A DNA stretch of 64,000 nt from Candidatus Taenariivivens baikalensis (GTDB taxonomy: Bacteria > Omnitrophota > Omnitrophia > Omnitrophales > Aquincolibacteriaceae): contig SICL01000005.1 in NCBI GenBank assembly GCA_009691445.1, positions 2,446 through 66,445 of the forward strand. Reading direction: 5' to 3'. The notes under the pieces were generated by a model. It saw only the letters and a list, made by a program, of their open reading frames with translations. It had not been told where the DNA came from and ran no database searches. Below, piece by piece: positions 29,901 to 39,118 of the stretch; positions within the stretch are counted from its first letter, which is position 1, and every line of letters begins with the position of its first letter. The translations under genes were made by a program, and so were the position numbers.

Positions 29901-32900
29901 GACGGAGAGGCCCTGCGCATTCATTTTGATTACGGCTATGACAAAACAGATTTCGAAATCTTTATGGAAGGGGCGGAGAATCAATCGCGTCATCAAAAAG
30001 GAATTCACGACGGACGTTTGGGAGACACCATTGAGTTTCGCCGTAAGCGATTAAGAAAAATCCTGAGTGAAGTTGCTCCTGACATTGAAGTGCCCGAGCG
30101 GCTTTTTGACAATTACTTCCGGATTGTGGACAAAGTTCGCGACCGGGGAGACCAGGCGAGCGGGGAAGTCTCCATGGTCACGGCCGGAGGAGGAAGGGTT
30201 ATTTTTGAAGTCACCGGACACGGACGCTTTTTAAGCGCGGGAACCATGAGTCAAGAAAACGCTCAGCTTCATCAATGGTCTCCCACTGAAGAAATTAATT
30301 ATGTGGGCGTGAACCAGGGCAAGTATGAAGTGCTAAGGCGCAACCGGGCCCTTTATGTTCCGCATAACGGCGACGGCAATGTGTTTAAGGTTTCGGGCCG
30401 GTGGCTGGGAACAGGGCTCGTAAGAACGCTTCTCTTTAATGTTTTTCATATGAAGCATCCCGCGAGCTCGGATACTCCGATAGTTGCGGGATTTATGGAA
30501 TATTTTTTGACCCAGGGGAGTCTGAAGTTTTCCGCGCGGTTTGCGTTTGCAGAAACCATGACAGAGCTGCCCGCGTCTTCCCCGGAATCAATTAAGGGAT
30601 GGTTCAAGGACAAATGGGCGAGATTTAAAGAGCGCCGGGGTTGGTACAATTTTAGCCGTTCGATTTATCCTTCTCCCGAACAGTTGAGCGTGTGGGAAAG
30701 AGAAGCGTTTTTGCCGGCTTTCCGGAGATTTGCCTCTTCCGGCGGACAAGCCCCTTCCGGTTTTTATCTGTCGTCCATGTCTCCCGCAGATCGTCGAACC
30801 TTAGCGGATTTATTTGAGCGTGAGATCCTGAAAAAAGCGGACTTGTTTGTTCAGCCGGTTTTTTTCGATCCAGCTAAGCGAAAGTTGTTTTTAGAAACCA
30901 TGGTCAATGCTTTTTGCGACCAGGATTTTGAGCAGGCAAGTTTGATGGCGAAAAAAAGAATGAAAGGGACTTTTGGGGTGCGGCCTGTTTATTCCCTTGA
31001 GCCGGGGACGATGATCGCGATTTCGGACAGCCAGGGAATGTTTTTTGGCATTAATCCGGGTGAGACCTCACAGCAGGGTCCTGAAGTTTACGCAGCTTCC
31101 GAACCAGCGGCGTTTAAGGAACGTTTCGAGGTCAACGGACGTTTGCAGCAGCTCCCTTACCGGATTGGCCTTAATTCGACACGAGGCGATGTGGTGATCA
31201 TGAAGTTTGAAAATAATCCTCTTCGCAAACCGACGGAACCTGCCCTGGGAGTTTATGGATACGCGACCAATGAAAAGAGTGACCAGCATCCCCTGGGCCG
31301 GCCCTTAACGGACCGGGAGCTTTATGAAATGACGGCTTTGATTCCCGGCAATCCGATGCTGAGTGTTCCGGAGCCCAAAAAAGACGGCAAGGCCACAGTC
31401 GCCCATGATCTTGAGAAAATTTCGGGGGTTGTGGCCAGGATTGACGCGGATTGGCAGCAAAACGATGCGCTACCGGTTTTGGAGCAGAGTTTCAACCGTC
31501 AAAGCGGTTTTGAGTTTCTGCGTCTGCTCATGGTGCTTGAAGCGTTTAAAAGGCTCCAGGCAGCAACGGGACGTCTGCTTTCCGATCCTAAAGACCGCGC
31601 TCGGATTCAGAAAAAGTTTTTCGCCTTGATCACTCTTTTTTATTTTGGCAATACTTCGGGGCAGAGGATCACTCAGAGTGCATTTCAAACCCGGTATCTT
31701 AAAATTTTCAATTTTGAGCTTCAACAGATTTTGGGACCTTCCGCCGCACCCGCGTACAACCGGTTCGAGGATTTAAAAGGCCTGGATGATCTACTCCCAG
31801 GCACTAAAGAAGTGGACATCTTGATTCCGGCCGTCCATATCAGTCTTGTAAGCGCCGTTAAAATCAAGGCGCGTCTTGAAAAGTGTTTTCCGATTCTCAA
31901 TATCCAGCTTCCGGATGCTAATCATCTTTTGGAATCTTTGAAACAGAAAGTGATTTATCAAGGCGACCGGAAGGTCGTGGTGAAAGACAAGAATGAAGTG
32001 GAGTACATCATTACCGCGGATACGATCAGCATTCACGATTCCATTTCCGGAATGACCTTTCCAACTTATAAAACTTCAGAACCAATGGAAGTCCTTTTGA
32101 ATGCGTTAAATCAGAATCAGGGGACACCCTTTTTGGGCCAGAGAGTTTGGGGATTCGCCGGAGAGCATGACACCTTGATGGCGGAAAGTGCCTTAGGGCA
32201 GGGTTTTTATAAAAACGCTCCGTTTAAACGTCATACCTTCAGCACGTTGAGCGGACCGGGAGAAGCGGAACCTGCGACCGTGACTTCCATCTCTCAGGAT
32301 CATACGCTGACCCGCCTCAGCGAATTTTTGGTCACTCAAATGCAGCGGGCTTACGGCACGGAGGTCCGGCCTTTTGGGACGCTGGTGGATCAAGATATTT
32401 TACAAACAACCAATGAATTTATCCGTGAATCTCAGGAAAAGCATCTTCCGGAAATAACAAATAAAAACGGGTCGGTGGCCCGGCAGTTTTATCAAGTCGG
32501 AAAAGGACTGCTCTGGTATCTGCTGGAAAATCCGATCGGGACGCTTGCGGCTATTTTAATTTTTGCTGTGGCGATGAGCTTTGGAATCTCCATTGCGCCC
32601 TCGGCCACCATCATTGATCCGCTGATGCAGGTTTTTCCAGCATTGCGGGAAATCTCGTGGGTGATGAAATTGATCGGCCTTTTCTTTAATGTCACCTTTG
32701 TGCCAGGCTTGGGATATGTGATCGGACGTGTGATTGGAAAAGCGATGGGGAGATATCCGACTTCTCTGCGTTTCGGAGGAACGAAAATTTTTATCGCTTC
32801 CGATTTTCATGAAAGCTCTTCATTTCGCATTGAGCAGTTTGTCATGAAGCTTTGGTCCAAGGCCTGGGGATTTATGGATGTTAATACCTTTTTTGGAGAT

Positions 32901-35021
32901 AACACGAGCAGTTCTGCGCATAATCATACGGCCCGTGGTCCGCATAAAAATGCCTTTATTTTGATGATGGGTCCTGAAAGCGGGCTTGTGACCTACGACG
33001 GCCACGACGGAGCAAAAAATATGTCGAAAGGCCAAGCGGGAGGGAATCAGAGCAAGTCGCGGGGAGTCGGCCCCGTCTTTTTGTGGGTGGCAAGGCAGAA
33101 TGCCGAAGGAAGTCTGACGCCCGGCCTTCAAGATCCATATGCCTCGACTTATTTGCGCAAAGGTCAAACTCGCCAGCCCAAAGCGGTTTATCAGCTCGTC
33201 CTGCCGGCGTTCAGCCGTCCTGTGAACCTGCCGGAAACGACGATTCAAAAATTTACTGCTCAAATCACGGAACGGCTCGGCCTTGACGCGCCGCGGCAGG
33301 CACTATTGACGCAAAGACTTCGTGACTGGAGGACGCTTTACTTGAGTCAATATCAATACAATGTGCCGCAGATGATTCTGGATATCGCCACTGAACTTAA
33401 AATTACGCATGAAACTAAGCTTGTTTTTTTTCAGAAAACCCTGCGGACTTTTCACGGGAAGATAGAAATCCTGGAAGAGTTTTTTGAAAATAGCGTGAGC
33501 GCGATTGAGCGGGAAGTGGCGGCTTATGCGTTGATGCATCAAATAACCGAATGGGCAAGCTTGGGCGGACGACTTTGGAATTTCAATGAAACCCATTCTC
33601 GCCTCAAACGGGCCTCCACGGCCGGTCCAGTGGACGGAGAAGCGGTCACTCAGTTGATTGCCAATATCCGACGAGAATTTGAAATTTTAACGGATAATGC
33701 CCACCTTCATGTTCCGCTTACGCAAGTGGAAAAGGCGGAACTACCCTTTCATATTATTGATCCGGTTCGATTAAAAGCTCCGGTTCCGGAAGAAGTCAGT
33801 TCGATGGTCACCGTGCAAAATTCGAGAAAAAAAGCTAATCAATTACTTAGACAGCTCCATGATCAAGTCCCAACTCGTTATGACGTTTTGGTCAGCGCCG
33901 TCAAAAAATTCATTTTAACGGAAGAGGGGAACATTGAGAGAGTATTTAACCGGCTGGGAGATTCTCTGATCAATGGGGATACGATGGTGGTTGATTCACG
34001 CCTAAAAAATGATATCGCCCGTTTTCAGACAATGACTCGATTATCCAGTTATTCCCAAAACAAGCTTGTTCAAGAGTTGATGGCGGTAGTCCCGGGATAT
34101 CTCGATGCACTTTTCGTTCATTTTTCAACGCATCACCATGATGCGTTGCGTGTCTCTTTCGATCTGAAACCAGTTTTAAATCGTCCGGCTCCGGCTGATT
34201 CCGGAGAGCAACCTGCCCAAAGTTATATGGCACCGCCACCCAAAAAAATCCGCAAGACTCCCTCCTCGGGAGCTCGCCGGAAAAAGGCGGAAAGGGTTTC
34301 TGGGACAGCGAAATCCCGAACAATTCTAAAACCAGTGATTGCGGGCGGGAAAACTCACACGGAAGTAGCGAAGGGGAACGCGGATAGCCGCTCTGAACTT
34401 CGTCTGACAAGCGAGTTATCTCAAGCGGTTGACGTTCGATCGCAAATAGAGTTTGAAACCGCTCCGGTTATCCGTGAGATGCGCCTGCGCGCAAGCAAGA
34501 TCGAGCGGATGCTTCAGACCTGGGGACAAAATCCAAAAGTACTGGCGAAGCTTGGAATTTCGCGGACGGTGCCTGGCGTTGGGTATTACTTCCTGGACTT
34601 CAGCCAGCAATCAGGAATCGGGACGATTGAGAACTTGCTTCGTTTCCGCAATCCGGAAGTCAAAGCCGTGGTTTTTGCCGGTGCTGCCGAACGTTCTGAA
34701 TTAAGAAAAACATTTTCTCGTCAAGTTCAGGCCGAAGCGCTTCTTCTTCCGGAAGCCAGTATCGAAACATTTCTCGGAGAAAAAATGTCCGAGCTAGGAT
34801 TCGGCTCGGATCAAGTGATCCAGGTTCAGGGACTGCACGCGGACCGTCTTGATGAAGAGCAGATCAGGGCCTTGCGTGGAAGTCTTACGCTTGCGCTGGG
34901 GCGGATTGTGATTGACTCTGAACGTTCCGTCCACGGTGCGGGAAGAGAAGTTTCCTTCAAGAATATTCTGGATGCCGTGAATCAGGCGGCTTATCAGGCG
35001 GTCGTTCGTCAATCCGCGTAA
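26982..35021 (+). CDS. Giant multidomain protein (2679 aa): signal peptide, TIKI/EreA/ChaN-like domain, HExxH membrane domain, GlmS-like (GATase-II + SIS-like) module, RSE(V/L)R motifs
   Basis: Uninterrupted 8-kb ORF. Motifs QDAH, VEGA, RDR and GGFH; HEWVH; CG, DRG, GHGRF, HNGD, SDT, ASE and SISG.T. True start uncertain. Confidence 0.85.
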   Translation: MRNRRVELLTHFGSIGSSLKQGAFSCPDNKRIKKEFKTSTRLSFPKFSLHRLTYDISKPRPSLKFLSFVLLLTFSIQAFGWAETGQVFPGSIRMHPVENIFPEVTQAPSSFFIPPSFGEIKKSFTGSREEKIILIQDAHVHEEAQRNIAQMLNFLSREKRLHQIYVEGAEGVIDMTPYSFFPDLKIRQETADYFLTKGRLTGAEYAAIVTTPVLSLYGIENRQVYENHRKVYLEGIEIQKKNQAILEPLGKALKEMARFAMSPEVMEFYRKTGFLEPQEKDWNLYFDELLRQAGFLGIAIDSDSQMKTMERLSALGKEIDLKNPDADLKKFPETEKTRQGRLQYQEYLRLSKKISGDFFTEAYGLEKKIKRMLLKTPEEKRLNDFLEVVEIYRKFFDFSLTTQEVEWFYSRRLKWDMKALRDFLTPLLKRYHFTYELPLSLESMDQDLLRIEKFYLLALDRDRILIQNAIGHMKTTGLKQSAVITGGFHTPGIEKFLREQGYSYVVVSPRMTSIPDVKKQEALYRQAVLGRPLLVEKILVSLDLSRQAPMKDLQYQMTPWLMTPNPKFSYPFIWLETVRGIFKSGNPDVLFHRLKIAADKLPPGSRKEADAVYHELEGGVLQSSESGMQYYWRKMSQGIFLRLTAGSNKKIPNRSRGGKSGKEIFPLIDFGHDWLEGDQVDSDLVSNEVVRILSSDLPSRIPLLMGRSSDSFQKRSEVRSPSVTSALKRGTRTTADLNLQLDDLWKPMDAELEKATGVSLDRRASGETLSGAAVGEDYLDKAYVVAFLWGLGWTTLSLFHIFPVTFISGVLFFWAFTLGNFLFKIFAHEWVHAFFARVFGAKEALTIKNLTGNLGWDFLGGMVLFPLLRYPRVNVPSIQGTLRETFALKVAFPVHLMAVAALYLHRGEVLDWLTPLVSGITSDPFLLSWLLFSFIGGGILSVAEGFYSDYLNKKRESGELACGVSSVITILRPDGEALRIHFDYGYDKTDFEIFMEGAENQSRHQKGIHDGRLGDTIEFRRKRLRKILSEVAPDIEVPERLFDNYFRIVDKVRDRGDQASGEVSMVTAGGGRVIFEVTGHGRFLSAGTMSQENAQLHQWSPTEEINYVGVNQGKYEVLRRNRALYVPHNGDGNVFKVSGRWLGTGLVRTLLFNVFHMKHPASSDTPIVAGFMEYFLTQGSLKFSARFAFAETMTELPASSPESIKGWFKDKWARFKERRGWYNFSRSIYPSPEQLSVWEREAFLPAFRRFASSGGQAPSGFYLSSMSPADRRTLADLFEREILKKADLFVQPVFFDPAKRKLFLETMVNAFCDQDFEQASLMAKKRMKGTFGVRPVYSLEPGTMIAISDSQGMFFGINPGETSQQGPEVYAASEPAAFKERFEVNGRLQQLPYRIGLNSTRGDVVIMKFENNPLRKPTEPALGVYGYATNEKSDQHPLGRPLTDRELYEMTALIPGNPMLSVPEPKKDGKATVAHDLEKISGVVARIDADWQQNDALPVLEQSFNRQSGFEFLRLLMVLEAFKRLQAATGRLLSDPKDRARIQKKFFALITLFYFGNTSGQRITQSAFQTRYLKIFNFELQQILGPSAAPAYNRFEDLKGLDDLLPGTKEVDILIPAVHISLVSAVKIKARLEKCFPILNIQLPDANHLLESLKQKVIYQGDRKVVVKDKNEVEYIITADTISIHDSISGMTFPTYKTSEPMEVLLNALNQNQGTPFLGQRVWGFAGEHDTLMAESALGQGFYKNAPFKRHTFSTLSGPGEAEPATVTSISQDHTLTRLSEFLVTQMQRAYGTEVRPFGTLVDQDILQTTNEFIRESQEKHLPEITNKNGSVARQFYQVGKGLLWYLLENPIGTLAAILIFAVAMSFGISIAPSATIIDPLMQVFPALREISWVMKLIGLFFNVTFVPGLGYVIGRVIGKAMGRYPTSLRFGGTKIFIASDFHESSSFRIEQFVMKLWSKAWGFMDVNTFFGDNTSSSAHNHTARGPHKNAFILMMGPESGLVTYDGHDGAKNMSKGQAGGNQSKSRGVGPVFLWVARQNAEGSLTPGLQDPYASTYLRKGQTRQPKAVYQLVLPAFSRPVNLPETTIQKFTAQITERLGLDAPRQALLTQRLRDWRTLYLSQYQYNVPQMILDIATELKITHETKLVFFQKTLRTFHGKIEILEEFFENSVSAIEREVAAYALMHQITEWASLGGRLWNFNETHSRLKRASTAGPVDGEAVTQLIANIRREFEILTDNAHLHVPLTQVEKAELPFHIIDPVRLKAPVPEEVSSMVTVQNSRKKANQLLRQLHDQVPTRYDVLVSAVKKFILTEEGNIERVFNRLGDSLINGDTMVVDSRLKNDIARFQTMTRLSSYSQNKLVQELMAVVPGYLDALFVHFSTHHHDALRVSFDLKPVLNRPAPADSGEQPAQSYMAPPPKKIRKTPSSGARRKKAERVSGTAKSRTILKPVIAGGKTHTEVAKGNADSRSELRLTSELSQAVDVRSQIEFETAPVIREMRLRASKIERMLQTWGQNPKVLAKLGISRTVPGVGYYFLDFSQQSGIGTIENLLRFRNPEVKAVVFAGAAERSELRKTFSRQVQAEALLLPEASIETFLGEKMSELGFGSDQVIQVQGLHADRLDEEQIRALRGSLTLALGRIVIDSERSVHGAGREVSFKNILDAVNQAAYQAVVRQSA

Positions 35022-35119
35022 AAGCGAGGGAAGAGAGAAGAGGGAAGAAGGAAGTAAAAATTCCCGTTTCTATTTTTTTTCTCTTCCCTCTTCTCTCTTC
35101 TCTCTTCCTTCTTCCCTCT
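35022..35119. repeat. Heptamer-periodic purine/pyrimidine inverted repeat
   Basis: AAGCGAG-GGAAGAG-AGAAGAG-GGAAGAA ... CTCTTCC-CTCTTCT-CTCTTCT-CTCTTCC. Confidence 0.75.
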
Positions 35120-35139
35120 GACTGTAATACACTACACCG

Positions 35140-36321
35140 ATGAAAAGCAAAAAACTCCCGCCCAATATTTTTATCTTTGGGCTTGTCAGTCTCCTGTCCG
35201 ATGTCTCAAGCGATATGATGTATCCGCTTCTTCCTCTTTTTCTTGTCCATTATCTCGGTGCGAAACAAGGTTTCCTTGGCTTTATTGAAGGATCGGCTGA
35301 TTCCGCCGCTGCGTTTTTAATGCTTTTCTCCGGCATGATGTCAGACCGGATGCGGGACCGCAGCCGCCTGGTGTTTGCAGGCTACAGCCTTTCGGGATTA
35401 TCCAAATGTTTTATGTCGACGGCGGTTTATCCCTGGACGGTTTTTTTTGTTCGAGCCTTCGACCGTTTGGGAAAGGGGATTCGCAGTTCACCGCGCGATG
35501 CCTTGATTGCGGATTCGGTGGACCCTTCGATGCGCGGGAAGGCTTACGGTCTGCAGCGCTCCATGGATCATATTGGTGCCGTGGTAGGGCCGCTTACGGC
35601 GACCTTGCTCTTGACCTTTTGGACCAAAGATTTGCGTACCATTTTTGCGATTGCAGCTTTCCCCGGGATTTTTGCAGTCCTGTTGATTATCTGGAAGGTC
35701 CGCGAAGTGATCCCTGACCGTGTTTTTTCCAAACGACCTCTAAAAATTCAGCTTCCTCACGGCAGATTACGGATTTATCTCGTGATCTTGTTTCTTTTCC
35801 TTTTAAGTTGCTCGACGGACGCGTTCTTACTCTTACGTGCCAGTCATGTTGGAATACCGAATTCCTTGCTTCCGATATTGTGGATGGTGCTTAACCTCGT
35901 GAAAGCGATCTCGACCATGCCGCTTGGAATGCTTTCCGATAGGTTGGGCCGGCGGCGCATGATTTTGACAGGTTGGATTATTTACACGCTTGTTTATCTG
36001 GGGTTTGGATTTGCAAATCAGCCTTGGCAGATTTGGGTGCTTTTTATGATCTATGGACTCTTCTTTGGATTTACCGAAGGGACCGAGCGGGCAATTCTTG
36101 TCGATTATGCTGGAGAAAATGAGCGCGGCCAGGCTTTTGGCTGGTATTATTTCGTGATGGGCATGGCAGCACTTCCCGCGAGTCTGATTTTTGGAGCCCT
36201 TTGGGAAATCTTCGGATCCGCGAATGCATTTTTTATCAGTTCAGGGATTTCTGCATCCGCCGCGGTCCTCCTTTATCTTTTCTTGAAATTCGTTCCGTCA
36301 ATTAAAAGAGCTGAAATCTAA
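35140..36321 (+). CDS. MFS transporter
   Basis: GLVSLLSDVSSDM, DRLGKGIR..PRDALI and GMLSDRLGRR motifs. Confidence 0.92.
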   Translation: MKSKKLPPNIFIFGLVSLLSDVSSDMMYPLLPLFLVHYLGAKQGFLGFIEGSADSAAAFLMLFSGMMSDRMRDRSRLVFAGYSLSGLSKCFMSTAVYPWTVFFVRAFDRLGKGIRSSPRDALIADSVDPSMRGKAYGLQRSMDHIGAVVGPLTATLLLTFWTKDLRTIFAIAAFPGIFAVLLIIWKVREVIPDRVFSKRPLKIQLPHGRLRIYLVILFLFLLSCSTDAFLLLRASHVGIPNSLLPILWMVLNLVKAISTMPLGMLSDRLGRRRMILTGWIIYTLVYLGFGFANQPWQIWVLFMIYGLFFGFTEGTERAILVDYAGENERGQAFGWYYFVMGMAALPASLIFGALWEIFGSANAFFISSGISASAAVLLYLFLKFVPSIKRAEI

Positions 36322-36342
36322 AATCGCAAATCTAAAATCGAA

Positions 36343-36573
36343 ACATTTCCGATGGCCGCACAAAAAATCGAAGGCCGGATCCGCGAGGCCCGTGGTGGCG
36401 AACTTAATCTATCCAACTTTGGAAAGCGCTTCCAGGGCGAAGGAACCTACTGGAACCAAATCCAGTCTACCTTCGGAGTGCACCTGAAAAAACTGGGTCT
36501 GAATGAAGATCTCCCCAAACTTTCCCGCCCTCCCTTTAAACGCCCCACCGCCCAAATGGAACTCGCGCTCTGA
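36343..36573 (+). pseudogene. C-terminal remnant of a PA0069/Rv2578c-family radical SAM protein
   Basis: HFP..AQKIE.RIREARGG.LN.S.FG.RF.GEG.Y..QI...F.....KLGLN...F.RP..Q..L matches the C-terminal tail of that family; no CxxxCxxC region upstream. Confidence 0.7.
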
Positions 36574-36598
36574 GGGTAAAGCCTATTTACTTCGTCCA

Positions 36599-36655
36599 TT
36601 GACAGGCATGTCCAAAACGTATACACTTCTTTACAACTGTATACACTTTGGACAT
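36599..36655 (+). promoter_or_regulatory. Promoter and inverted-repeat operator of the abiE operon
   Basis: TTGACA, 17-bp spacer, TACACT; inverted repeat ATGTCCAAAACGTATACA (36608-36625) / TGTATACACTTTGGACAT (36638-36655), 16/18 match. Confidence 0.8.
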
Positions 36656-36659
36656 ACCC

Positions 36660-37262
36660 ATGAAAACCAAGAAAGAAGAATTGATAGCGGAATTTAAGCG
36701 TCACAAGGGAATCCTGCGCTTCTCAGCCATGCTCAAGTCCGGATTCCACCGCCTTGAGATCAAATCGCTTATTGAGTCGGGAGAAGTCGAAAAAATTGGC
36801 CGGGGAATTTACCGCCTTAAAAACGGTCCAAGCCTTTCTAACCCTGACCTTGTTACCGTCGCACTCCAAGCCCCGAAAGGGGTGATATGCCTTATTTCCG
36901 CCCTCAGTTACCACCATGCCACGGATGAAGTGCCGCACAGCATTTATGTGGCGATACCGCGAGGAGTTCGCGCAACCAAGATTGATTACCCGCCAGTGCA
37001 ATACTTTCGCTATGACCCAACGGTTTGGAAGAATGGGATTGAAACGCATACCATAGACGGACATCCAGTTAAAATCTACAGCCTTGCAAAGACCGTTGCC
37101 GACTGTTTCAAATATCGCAACAAGATCGGCCTCGACGTGGCCCTCCAAGCCCTGAAACTTGCTGTAACCGAAAAGAAAACTAAACCAACCGAAATCATGC
37201 GCTTCGCCATAATATGCCGCGTGGATAAAGTCATCAGACCTTATGTGGAGTCTCTCCTTTGA
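36660..37262 (+). CDS. abiEi: Type IV TA antitoxin, AbiEi family
   Basis: N-terminal wHTH (EKIGRGIYRL), PKGVICLISALSYH and KTVADCFKYRNKIG motifs. Confidence 0.92.
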   Translation: MKTKKEELIAEFKRHKGILRFSAMLKSGFHRLEIKSLIESGEVEKIGRGIYRLKNGPSLSNPDLVTVALQAPKGVICLISALSYHHATDEVPHSIYVAIPRGVRATKIDYPPVQYFRYDPTVWKNGIETHTIDGHPVKIYSLAKTVADCFKYRNKIGLDVALQALKLAVTEKKTKPTEIMRFAIICRVDKVIRPYVESLL

Positions 37263-38179
37263 AGCCCGACATTAAAAATATCGAAGCGTCCGTCAAGGGA
37301 CGCCTCCAGAACAAGGCTAAAGAAACAAACCGTCCTTACTCGGAAGTCCTCCAGTATTACGGAATGGAACGGTTTCTTTACCGTTTCTCGCAGTCCGATT
37401 ATGCCGGGCAATTCATTCTCAAAGGTGCGTTGATGTTCACCGTGTGGGACGTTCCCGCGCGAAGGACAACGGTGGATATTGATTTTCTAGGCCGTATTGA
37501 TAACAAAGTTGAAAGTATCGAAGGCGTCATTCGCGATGTCTGCAAGATAAAAGTACCGGCTGACGGACTTGTTTTTGACGCTAAGACTGTGAAGAGTAAA
37601 CGAATCAAGGAAGATGCTGATTATGAGGGCGTGCGCGTCAATTTTTTCGGCTTTCTCGAAAAATCAAAAATCCCAATCCAGATCGATGTCGGCTTCGGCG
37701 ATGTGATAACTCCCAAGGCTTCAACGATTGACTACCCAACGATTCTGAATTTTCCGGCACCGCGCCTTGAGGGTTACACTTTTGAAAGTGTTGTGGCCGA
37801 GAAATTTGAAGCCATGATCAAGTTGGGCCTCCTTAATAGCCGCATGAAAGACTTTTATGACATTTGGCTGATGACCCGGCAAATGAACTTTGAGGGAAAA
37901 AAGCTGGCCGCCGCAATCAAGGCAACCTTCAAGAATCGGGAAACACCGCTTCCTGCGAACGTTCCGCTTTTCGCCGAAGAAATTTACGACGAGAAATCAA
38001 ACAACGAAGCCATGTGGAAAGCCTTTCTGCGCAAGAAGCAAATCAAAACCGCACCCGATAGCCTTGCTGAGGTTGCCCGAGGCATCGAGGTTTTTCTTTC
38101 GGAACCCGTGAAGGCTATCACAACCGGCAAGGAATCATCAAAGACGTGGCACGCGCCGGGGCCGTGGGTTAGAACCTGA
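37259..38179 (+). CDS. abiEii: Type IV TA nucleotidyltransferase toxin, AbiEii family
   Basis: ERFLYR, FILKGA, RTTVDIDF, IDVGFGD, AEKFEA and NSRMKDFYD motifs; TTG start overlaps the antitoxin stop. Confidence 0.93.
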   Translation: MKPDIKNIEASVKGRLQNKAKETNRPYSEVLQYYGMERFLYRFSQSDYAGQFILKGALMFTVWDVPARRTTVDIDFLGRIDNKVESIEGVIRDVCKIKVPADGLVFDAKTVKSKRIKEDADYEGVRVNFFGFLEKSKIPIQIDVGFGDVITPKASTIDYPTILNFPAPRLEGYTFESVVAEKFEAMIKLGLLNSRMKDFYDIWLMTRQMNFEGKKLAAAIKATFKNRETPLPANVPLFAEEIYDEKSNNEAMWKAFLRKKQIKTAPDSLAEVARGIEVFLSEPVKAITTGKESSKTWHAPGPWVRT

Positions 38180-38475
38180 TTTGGTAGACCAATTCAGTTC
38201 AACCGTTTTAGGAGACTCTTGATTCCAAGCTTTTTTGCTGATAAATGCTCCAAAAGGCTACCATGAAAATTGAAAGTTAAAGTTTCGATTTTTATCGTAT
38301 TTGGAATTGTTTGCTGAACGATTTAAAGATCGTTTTGAACAAATAAAAAAAGACTTCGGAATGTGAACGAATCACCGGACGCCGTCAGGGGAGGGTAGAA
38401 TCAGGCCCAAGGCATAAGCTCATTGAAAGCATTTCACCATTTTTTTAGATCTAATCCCGCAAAGGGAGAGCTACT

Positions 38476-38856
38476 ATGACGCTTACGAAAAATCCACCCG
38501 CACGCATAGGAACGGTACCGGCTGCAGCGAATGCGAGTTATCAAAGGCTTGTCAAAGAGATTGGCGGGCTTTATGAGAATGCGCGCAGGGCACTGGTTCA
38601 ATCTTACTGGCAAATCGAAAAACGGATTGTTGAGGTTGAGCAGGCGGGGGCGGTTAAAGCGGCTTACGGGTCCGGACTCCTCCCAAAACTTTCCCGGAAC
38701 CTTTCCCAACAATACGGTGCGGGATTTTCGATTGAGAATCTGTACAGAACCAAATGTCTTTATCGAACAAAAGGTACCAGGTCACATTATCTAATCTGGT
38801 ACCTTTTGCTTTTGGGGAAGGGTAAGACGAATGAACCTCTAATCTCTGATTCTTAA
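38476..38856 (+). pseudogene. Truncated DUF1016 (YhcG) N-terminal domain
   Basis: YWQI.KRIVEVEQ.G...A.YG..LL.KLS..L...YG.GFS..NL, after which similarity is lost at a hairpin near 38766. Confidence 0.75.
38767..38807. repeat. Short palindromic element interrupting the DUF1016 remnant
   Basis: CAAAAGGTACCAG...CTGGTACCTTTTG, perfect 13-bp arms. Confidence 0.6.
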
Positions 38857-39000
38857 GTGGTGCACTTGACGTTTGAAGACGGGTTCCTTGTTGAACTCGG
38901 GCTTCCGAACCAACGATCTTTTTCTAGTATTAACTAGCATACTGGTTTTTTTCAAAAACTTATAGAAACCCAGGCTCATCTTTTCTATAATTTCTCCCCT

Positions 39001-39050
39001 AGACGCGGCGGACGCGTAGTCATACGTTTCCGCCGCGTTTTTTTGTTTTA
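39001..39050 (+). terminator. Intrinsic terminator
   Basis: ACGCGGCGGA...TCCGCCGCGT followed by TTTTTTG. Confidence 0.65.
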
Positions 39051-39076
39051 ACACCCTGAAAGGATCATAGTTGAGT

Positions 39077-39105
39077 TTGACAATGTGTGATTTATAAACT
39101 ACACT
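39077..39105 (+). promoter_or_regulatory. Promoter with palindromic operator for the type II TA pair
   Basis: TTGACA, 17-bp spacer, TACACT; imperfect palindrome GTGTGATTTATAAACTACAC spans the spacer and -10. Confidence 0.7.
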
Positions 39106-39118
39106 TAGTGAGGCTGAA

